DNA from: Octopus sinensis
Taxonomy: Eukaryota
Direction: 5' to 3'
Length of the DNA: 64,000 bases
Assembly: GCF_006345805.1 (NCBI RefSeq)
Contig: NC_043009.1
Location: 32,612,001-32,676,000, forward strand
Position numbers and translations under genes: made by a program. Position 1 is the first letter of the stretch. Each line of letters begins with the position of its first letter. Shown piece by piece: positions 54,314 through 64,000 of this stretch. Below the pieces are notes generated by a model. That model ran no database searches and was not told the DNA's origin. It saw only the letters and a program-made list of their open reading frames with translations.

Positions 54314-54943
54314 CAACAATTGAGGGTAAAATTAATTAATCAATTTCACCAAGTGTTCAGTATGTAAAAGGACCATTTAAGGCGAATTCAAAATATTACA
54401 TTATATAATTATATAATTAGGGCTTAGTAAAATAAATTACTTTGCCACATACTGAACTTAGTAGAAATAGCAGCCAAAAAAAATTTTTAACCATTTCTAC
54501 TACTTAAAGAAAATTTCTCTCAGATAATGTTTACTCCAGACACCTCACGAAGGTTTGGAGGTAAATACAGAAAAATATCACAAGTACATAGATCGTTTGA
54601 GTACGTCAGCGTTTCAAGATTAGCCAAATAAAATCAGCATTTCTTTCGTCAGCTCAAAATTTCTTAATTTGGATTTGGAAACACTAAAATGAAGGAACTT
54701 TACCTCTCGGCGAACTTGTCGCTTCAAATGAACCAGCTCCAACTGCTAGTGCCAACAAATTCAAAATGCGCAGGCGTAAATTTCTGCACTCCTTTTCCAC
54801 CCACGTGGTCTATCTAGCAAACACTATATTTTAACCGCGAGAACCAAGGCAGTATGACAGAGAGAAATGAATTATAATATCAACAATTGAGGGTAAAATT
54901 AATTAATCAATTTCACCAAGTGTTCAGTATGTAAAAGGACCAT
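54306..54943 (-). mobile_element. 567-bp hammerhead-containing unit with 71-bp perfect terminal direct repeat (Penelope pLTR / retrozyme-like)
   Basis: 54306-54376 is identical to 54873-54943; (TA)n arrays flank both sides; hammerhead inside; no ORF. Confidence 0.75.
54596..54658 (-). ncRNA. Type I hammerhead ribozyme motif, complete core
   Basis: Minus strand TTTGAG CTGACGA AAGA [22 nt] TCTT GAAA CG CTGA CG TA CTCAAA: 6-bp stem I, 4-bp stem II, 3-bp stem III with CUGA loop, predicted cleavage after GUA (position 54602). Confidence 0.88.
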
Positions 54944-54952
54944 AATTTTATA

Positions 54953-54984
<32 letters not shown>

Positions 54985-55479
54985 GCATCCTAATATATGG
55001 CCTACGTTGGACTCCTGATTCGCATAATCACCGAACATGGAGCTTAACTATATCCTGTTCATGGCACTTACTCAACATTACTTGCCACCTTTGGGTCTTC
55101 TTGACACCACCACCTCACATAACCTACATAAGTATAGTATTTATAAGCAATGAAGTAAAGACTGCTTAGGGAGTAAAATGGTTCTATAGGTGAGCAGGGT
55201 GTATTATCTTTTATAAGTTAATAAAATCTGACGTCAAGGGTCTTATGTATTTGTCTTTCAATCTGACAGTTTTAATAAACCACTAACCATCTAAAAATTC
55301 GAAGTCACTATCAATTGAATTATATTTACATAGCTATAGCTATCTATCAATCTTTGCCTCAGTATACTCAAATACATATGTATGTGTGTTTGTGTGTACA
55401 TAGATATTTATACACACGCACACACATTTATTAACATCTTTTTCAAGAATGTATATAATCACGTATAATCACGCAACAA

Positions 55480-55535
55480 AATGCGACATATATATATATA
55501 TATATATATGTATGTATATATATGGATATATATAT

Positions 55536-55578
<43 letters not shown>

Positions 55579-55691
55579 TATATGATATATATATAGATAG
55601 ATAGATACGATACGTACATACATACATTAATATATGCATTTATGTGTATATGAATGTATGTGTATATATATATATATATGTATTGGTATAT

Positions 55692-55750
<59 letters not shown>

Positions 55751-56202
55751 ATATATATATGATTTTGTATATGTGTGTGTATGCATTATCCATTACACCC
55801 TCATAGCTCCACGTTAATTTCCCTCAGTAATTCTCACCCTTTAAATTTTAAAATCGAACGTTCTGAGTTTCCTGCAGAACCCTAATATTATACACGCTTC
55901 CTGTTTTACCTGATTATTAAATTATATTAATGTACATTCTCACTTCCACTCTAAACACCTCTGCGCTTCAAATTAGTGATTAAATGACATTTCATTTGGT
56001 AAATACACATTAAAACCTTAACTAAGTTAATTCTTTTCATTCTAAATTCTTGTTCGCCAATTTTAACACACCACTACACAAACACTGCTTGAATGCGGAA
56101 TTAATATAAACATGGACACATGCGAATGCATATGAAACGCCACAGAGATACACGCGCGATGCACGCATTCTCACAAGCGCGAACACATTCATACATCTAT
56201 GC

Positions 56203-56258
<56 letters not shown>

Positions 56259-56311
56259 ATATGTATGGATATCTCTATATGTATATATATATACATATAT
56301 ATACGTATGTG

Positions 56312-56353
<42 letters not shown>

Positions 56354-56489
56354 AATATACATATATATATACATATATACATATGTCTGTGTGTATATAT
56401 ATATACTCATACGTATATATATATATATATATAAATATAAATATATATGAATATGTATGTTTATATATATATATGTAAGTATAAAAAAA

Positions 56490-56533
<44 letters not shown>

Positions 56534-56558
56534 TCCCGGGTTATATATATATATATAT

Positions 56559-56611
<53 letters not shown>

Positions 56612-56982
56612 TACGCATGTGTGCGGGTGAGTCCATGTTTATTGTTGCGTAAACATCACATAAATGTAATTAATCGTAATAGACACACTACATATATCTT
56701 TTATCTGTCCGTCTTTCAGTCATTTGACTGCGGCCATGCTGGGGCAACCGATTTGGAGTGCTGAGTCAAGCAAATGGGTTCCTAGGACTTATTTTTTAAA
56801 GTCTGGAAGTTATTATACAGTTTGTATGTATGTATGTATATATGTATGAAGGTGGGTCGTTTGGCCTGCGTGTGCTTCTGTCTTATGCACACACACACAT
56901 GCATACATTCGGTATATGCAATATATATATATATATATATATTATATATAGTATGTTATATATATTTATATATTATATATAT

Positions 56983-57054
<72 letters not shown>

Positions 57055-57110
57055 GTGTATGTATATATATGTATGTATATATATATATGTGCGCGTGTAT
57101 GTGTGTATGT
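55480..57110. repeat. Cluster of long interrupted (TA)n arrays
   Basis: Three blocks: ~55480-55790, ~56190-56620 and ~56820-57110. Confidence 0.95.
56705..56800 (-). mobile_element. SINE family A 3' fragment
   Basis: TTTCAGTCATTTGACTGCGGCCATGCTGG is the reverse complement of the 748-777 segment. Confidence 0.75.
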
Positions 57111-58406
57111 GTGTACTATAATAAGTTCCATTCAATATATAGAGTGAATGATCCTACACGACTATTCACACACAGAAATAGCAAGCAATATCTCGATAAA
57201 GCTAACTCTATATGAAAGTCAGCTAACTTCAGTAGACACCTTGATTAAAAGCTTCTTTGTTATCTCAGTTCTCAGTATTTAACTTAGAATTACAGAATAC
57301 CTGACGTTTATGCATTCAGCATTAATAGGTGCCTATAATTGCATTAATTAAGGGGAAAGTGGCAAGTAAGCTATGACGATAATACCGTGTTAATGTTACG
57401 CACTAATGTCAGTGATATATATCTCGGCATAGATTAAGTATGTCTTTTGTTGTGAAGTTAATCTCAATACTCATGGGCACTGCTTACTTTCCTTCAGCTT
57501 CTATGAACCGTGTCAATATAAACACCCAATTAGCTGAATACGAGCGCAGTATTCAATGCACAGTGATGTACACTACGATAACTAAGCAGAGAAAATAGTA
57601 GATTCTGAAAACCTAGAGTCGTTTTATATGATTACTTATTTCTGAAATTTAGAGACGAAACGTTTAAAAACTGTCGACTTGTTTAATTTGAACGGTAATA
57701 GTAAATCTCATAATACAATTCTTAAGACATCTGGGAACCAGAAACAGCCTTCGAAATACTCTCTTAAATATACGAGGGGGAACAATTATAGTTAAAACTG
57801 TCATTCTATTTCCCTACACCGTTTTTTTTTCTTTAGTTGTTTGAACGCAAATGGTACCGATACATTATGGTAACGGTGACTGAAATCTACAAAATTAAAT
57901 ATAACCATGGTAACGTGTTGACTTAGACACCTGAAATTCTCAACTCTACTGTAAAACATTGCTGTTCTCTGAGACTTCAAGTGTTGCACATGTATGCAAT
58001 AACCAACGAATGTGTATCATAATGACCATTCGATCGATCTGCTATATAAATTAAACCCTGCATTCTTAATTAAGGGAATGGATTTTTATATTTTTTACTC
58101 CTGGCAATGATTTCAAAATACGGAATGTTCATGGTTTGAATATTCTTAATCTTAGATATACTCGTGCGGTATTAACCTAGAGCTAAAGAAAAACAAATTC
58201 TTATTAATCAATTAGAATTATTATTGCTCTTTCTAGGACTATGTGAGTGACTTGCATTTAGGATTAAATATTTAAGTGATAATCCTTAGTTATCGTAGGT
58301 CATTAATGATTAAATTACTTTACAGTTAAATCCCTAATATCTATCTCCGAAAACAGTTTCTTGTATATTACAAGATGCAGCACACAACAGGAGGATATAT
58401 ATATAT

Positions 58407-58462
<56 letters not shown>

Positions 58463-58470
<8 letters not shown>

Positions 58471-58650
58471 ACGAAAAAAACAACAAAAGACGAAGACAGG
58501 TGGTGTACAAAACAAACAGATTATTAGTATAACGCTCAGGAATAGAAAAGTCTTTTACGTTTCGAGCCTACGCTCTTCTACGAAAGGGACACAGAACACA
58601 AGGAGAGAAAAAATGTGTGTAGTTGCTAACGATCTATCATGGCGTCTGAC
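58463..58650 (-). mobile_element. Penelope-like repeat with degenerate minimal hammerhead (58552-58586)
   Basis: Minus strand CTTT CGTAGA A GAGC GTAG GCTC GAAAC GTA AAAG: intact stem II and GAAAC-GUA, but the CUGANGA box is degraded. Homologous to 50410 and 37886. Confidence 0.7.
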
Positions 58651-58664
58651 ACACACACAACACA

Positions 58665-58709
<45 letters not shown>

Positions 58710-59679
58710 GATATATATATCTAATATATATATATATATATACCGAATAAATGTTTGGACAGAAATAAAATTTCAAGGGGTACAACAGCACCTTAAGAGT
58801 TGAAGCACAGTTGTTATTTGAATGAGTTTGAGTGGTATGTGTCAGAAATTAATGACATAGAAATCACACACAATCAATGCACTGGTGAAGGGATTAAGCG
58901 TTTCCATGAAGCAATCCTAAACAGGAAGGTCATTAGAACATGACGGTACATAAGCGTATTGTAGAAATTGCTTATTCTCAGATTAGAGTTGATGATTCTT
59001 AAATGTGAAAGCGTTTGGTAATAGCAATTATTTGAAAATAAACTGAATGTTGAGCGACGTAATCGGATTAATATTGAGCTTGCTATGTTTTAATATATCT
59101 AACGTTGATTCGCACAACACCCACTCTTATTGAATATAAGATAGAAGGTGGAATATTCTAAAAAAGAAAATGTTGACGTTTGACATAGCAATATCTACAA
59201 AGAAAGAATTTGCTATATTCAGTTTCGAAGAAATCGAAGTATAAAAGAGAATTCCATGAATTGACAGACACCAAATAAATCTATTAATATTTGTTGTTTT
59301 TGCAGAGATCGTACAACAATTGGAGCAGAACATATTGGCATTATATACCAGAGAACTTGCAGTATTGACAAATTGCAGATTTTTCAGTTTGATTAGAACG
59401 ACCATGTTGTAAAAGAGTATATTTTATCTTCTGTTGGACATTCGTGATGCTTAAGAAACTGTAACCATCGGATAAGCTGGTACATTAACATTTCAACCGT
59501 CTACCGATAATAATCATAATCAACTTAGGAACAAATAACGAAATATTTATCAAGTGATAAAATGTTGAGTGAAACACGCACAAATGTGTCCACAGAACAA
59601 ATAGTAAGTATATTATACGACTGAAATTAACAATATTAAAACATTAAAAAGCATACACAGATACAAACATCAGGCAAAA

Positions 59680-59890
59680 TGTCGCTAGCATGCCGCGCAA
59701 AATCCTTATCGGCATTTCGTCTATTTTTACATATAAAGTTAAAATTTTGCCGATATCGAATTTGCCTTTCATGTTTTCGGAGTGGTGGTGATAAATTAAG
59801 TATCAGTTGAGAACTGAGGGTCGATGTAATCGACTTACCCCCACTCGCACCCCTGAAAATGCTGACTTTGGGCCAAATTTGAAACCATTA
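59680..59890 (+). mobile_element. Decayed SINE family B copy
   Basis: TTTGCCTTTCATGTTTTCGGAG...GATAAATTAAGTATCAG...GGGTCGATGTAATCGACTTA...TTTGAAACCA. Confidence 0.7.
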
Positions 59891-62800
59891 TTACATCAGT
59901 TCAACTTTAAATCATCCCGGTTCTAGACGTGTTAACATTTCTTTCTTTACTCCCCATAAATACGAACCAGTGAATATATTACTAATAAGAAAACAGAAAA
60001 ATAAAAGGTAACTAAATATGATGTCTCTAAATACCGCAGATGTCCATCTGCGGGACACGTTCATCCAGTTCAATCCATGAATAAAGTATGGTGCAGCTGA
60101 TAGGCCAAGTAGATGTGTTTGGGGAACAATTCGTAGCTGTTGCCAGCAATAGCAGACGTTAATTCAAATAAAAACTGGCAATAATGCGAGAAAATCATTC
60201 TTAAAATCTGCTTCGATAGAAGAACACTGCGCAAATTGGTGCAATCTGAACAGAATCATATTTATTTCCACTGACAAATAAATCAGGATTAAACATTAAG
60301 TTGTGTATTTGCAACTAATTTCAGCGAATCAGCCTAATTCAACCTACTTCGGTTGTCTACATTCAAACAACGTGCGGTCGTGTATCATCATCATCAATAT
60401 GGACATCACTACTACTGCTTGTATTTAACTTATTGACAAATATTCATTCCAACGAACCAGATCTGTTCAACTGCTGACGTTGCACAAGCAACAAGGAAAC
60501 TCACAATGCAGAGTATTGTTGGTACACTTAATACATCTCAGAACTATGTATATTGATATATACCGACATGGCTCCTATTCTACATCGAAAGTAACACAAC
60601 AAAGTAACAGACACGGCCCAAGTATTCTACAATTGCAAGTGTAATACATTACAATTGTATTGCTTCCTGCCCAACAGAAGTAATGCATTTATAGTATCAT
60701 AGCCATAATCTTCACACACAACTATGTCTTTGAAATAAAGTGGTAACTCTTTAAGGAGTTCGAAATCTTTCTTTTGTAAACTTTTTCACTCCAAATATTA
60801 ACATGTACACGTCTATGAACATTAAATGAGTTTATCTAACCAATCATATTTCGAATTGTACATATATGAAGTTCATGGATTCCTTGATTGCTATTTATCA
60901 TGTTCGAATATATTGAAAGAACTTCTTTTAAAATAAGCTTCAAGCAGTTTCTTTCGAGGTTAATTTAGACCGCCATCTCGTGAATTTTCATTTACATACC
61001 TCTTTAACGTGTCTGGAAATGTGGTCGAATATCTCACAACATTTTGCAGTTACTATGGACCCATTTTCAACAGCAAATTATTAGAAATGGTAACGCGTTG
61101 AACAACAAATGTTTCTAATATTTGATAATAGATGTAAATATATTTTTCACATGAAGTACATCAATAAACTTTTATTTTTATCATAAATAGTCTTAGATAT
61201 ATTTTCCATTTTACTGCACCAAGAAGACGTCTCAAGTAGAATCAGTAGGAAGAATTTACCAATCGACAAAATAATGAAATATTTTAAAGGAAGGCAGTAT
61301 TTTATATACAGTTTTAATTTTTTAAAGTAGCCTTTTTATTATGTTTTCATTTATATACTATCATTTATAAAAATAGAACATCTTTTATAATTCTCTGAAC
61401 GTTTTTTATTTTGTTTTGTTTAATATTCCTGTAACATGTTCAAATGCATTAGATTTTGTGTTATACTTGAAAGCATGTATTTTTTATAACAAAGCTTCTG
61501 GTCACTAGGGAAGATTACTTTTAGAACTTCATGCTCGGTGAACTTTCTATATTATCTCCAAACAAACAAAAATACAAAGAAAGAAATGAAGCTAAGTTTA
61601 ATACGTTTATCAAATTTACTTTTACTTTCTCTTTTGCTATTAGTTTCGATTTCCAACATCATCATATGTCAAACGGTTACATAAAATAAAAATATATTCG
61701 AGTCAATTATAGTTACCTTAGAATTTCTGATATAATCAATTTTTCGTTGGAAAAAAGAAAAAAAACATGAAATACTTTGAAATTGAATTTAGTTTTTAAA
61801 TCTTTTGAAATTATCTGCACGTAAGGACTTTATAATCTAGAAAAGACTATGAAACTCAAAGGTTTTGGAGTCATTTGAAGTGTAGAAAGCAAAAATGTTT
61901 ACAATAGCAAGACAGAATTATTGAATAGATTCTTTATTTAAGGAAGGTATGGCGCCAATGAAAGTGAGTTGTTGGCGACATAAAAAATAATGGGTGTGGT
62001 AGTTAGAAAACGAAGTTCTTCCAATTTAAACTTTCAAAAACATATTCTTTCTACGTGATTAGAAAACTAGAAGCTAAAGAATAAAATGTAAATTGCTGAT
62101 AGTGACCTGAAGCTAAATACCGCTGTGTTCAAGTTCCCATTTGCTATAATTATGTAAAGATCTGATGAAGAAATACCATAAATCGCTCAAAGAAGACACG
62201 AATACTCCTTTTTGTTCATTTCTATATTCATTATCGTCTCAGAATTTTCTCACTGACTTCACCTAATTTATTTTCTATTTAGGTTTTGTAGGGCTTGTTT
62301 ACTATTTATTCATTTTATTTACTTTCCTCTTTGATTGCAATGGAGACATCTTTGCAGTTTAGATGTCTAACAGGATAACAATTTCAGCTACAATCCTGAG
62401 ACGAATAAATAAAGTTAAGCCTGGTGTACCTGAAGGGCAATTGACGTCTTCTTAATTAGAATTGGTAAATTATTATACAGCATTCCTGCTGACATTCTTA
62501 ATGATAAACAATTTAGAAAACTCATGGAAGATTTTATACGGGTTATAATCATTCGTTGATATAGTAAATTTGGTTTAAATAGCCCAAAGTCATCTTTAAG
62601 TTTCAAGGTTTTCCCAAGAGATGAAGCAAGTAATGATTGAAGAAAAATTCCGATTCCCAATGTTATTTTACCATTCCAGCAATGAGAACCTCTTGAATAA
62701 TAAACAAACGAATAATATTAGTAAAATTATATAAATCTAATTTCGGTGAAAATTTTGAGTTGCTACTGAACTATATATATATATATATATATATATGTAC

Positions 62801-63950
62801 GCCTTGAAAATTATTTATCAGTCTATTTTCAAAGAGAAATCGATTGAGTGACGGAGTCAATAAGACGTCGTTCAACAAATTTAATTGTTTCAGACGCCAA
62901 ATTCAAATTCCTTTTATCTGTTTATAAGAAAGTAAGGTTTCGATATGATGAAATTTTATTAGCGAAATGAGTCAAATGTCAGCTTTTCAAAATGAGAAGT
63001 ATACTATGCACAGTGACATTTTGAATTTGATTCCTAGTACCGTCACATCTACTATAGAAATTAGCAAGACAGGAATAAGCTTTGATCTATTATTTTACTC
63101 CCTTTACCATTTAGTTCTGCACTTTAATTTGTTTGACGGGAAACTTTCCTACTGTCACATTGTATTGTTGGAATGTTAGGGAGGCAGTTAACCTATTAAA
63201 AATCTACCTAATAGTAGAAATTCACACGCACGCACACACACACACACACGACACACACACACAAACACACTATATATATATATACAGTGTGTGTGTGTAT
63301 GTGAGTGTGTATGCGTATTTATGTATGCATGTATGTATGTATAATAATAATCATAATAATCCTTTCTACTAAAGGTTTGTGGTCGAGGCTTATTGATTAT
63401 ACTTGCGAATGAAAATTCAAAGGTTTTGAATTTCCTTCAGCAAGTCATTATCTATATTATTATTATTTTCCTAAGCAGAAAAGCTTTCCACCTCCGTCCG
63501 TCGGATTACACTGAGAGATTAGGCTCACAGATGTCGCCGACATCGACAAAGTTAGGAGCTTCTAACAGTCAGTCTGAGGCTTTTGTTGAAAAAACACAAC
63601 TAAACGAATAGATACTCAGTGTCGTTAGACGAAAAACTGATACGCATGCTATCAAGTTTTAATAAATGAATCCTAAAGAACTGCCTACATAACTGAATAT
63701 CTATGATATAACCATAATCATATTGATATTGCATAATACGTGGAAACCGACACGCAGCGAGGAAAACTGAACGAAACAAATGTCGTTGATGAAAGGTATC
63801 TTATCATTGGCTCGTTATCGTTGTTATTAACCGAAATGCATGTTTCAAGAAATATATATCCTAACGAGTTTCAAAAGATTTTGTGACCAAAAAAATTGAT
63901 AATAACTAATTAAACAATGTCTGCCGTACTTACAGTGGTACATATTCCTT

Positions 63951-64000
63951 GTGGAGGCGCAATGGCCCAGTGGTTAGGGTAGCGGACTCGCGGTCATAGG
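63951..64000 (+). mobile_element. tRNA-derived SINE head, cut by the window end
   Basis: GGAGGCGCAATGGCCCAGTGGTTAGGG has a good A-box; too short to exclude a true tRNA gene. Confidence 0.6.

Noticed and set aside
55443-57147. Many long YI/IY/HT/CV ORFs (and similar ones throughout the window)
   Set aside because: (TA)n and (CA)n arrays lack stop codons in several frames; these are not genes.
59127-59405. Hydrophobic ORF with faint similarity to GPCR TM1-TM2 (SFFVDIAMSN)
   Set aside because: Lacks the conserved GN and LAxxD residues and has no continuing TM segments; similarity is at chance level.
60000-61100. Short coding-looking frames (LGLSAAPYF; ENGSIVTAK)
   Set aside because: Isolated resemblances to DIRS RT or DD41D transposase with no neighbouring motifs.

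Overview
AT-rich, microsatellite-saturated eukaryotic DNA with no intact host protein-coding gene that I can recognise. Most ORFs in the track are translations of (TA)n, (CA)n, (GATA)n and trinucleotide repeats. The SINE families and repeat style resemble coleoid cephalopod (Octopus) genomes; this is an inference from recall, not a database result. The window is dominated by transposable-element remnants: a near full-length irritans-type (Himar1-like) mariner, decayed mariner/Tc1 pieces, several R4/Dong-clade LINE fragments, a Penelope GIY-YIG remnant, a non-autonomous Helitron with two 5' ends, an LTR-like element and at least three tRNA-derived SINE families. The most notable non-ORF signals are two type I hammerhead ribozyme motifs with complete catalytic cores (50638-50699 +, 54596-54658 -). 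The second lies in a 567-bp unit bounded by a perfect 71-bp direct repeat. A third repeat family carries a degenerate minimal hammerhead. A Dong-type LINE also shows a twin-priming-like 5' inversion primed from a (TAA)n target.
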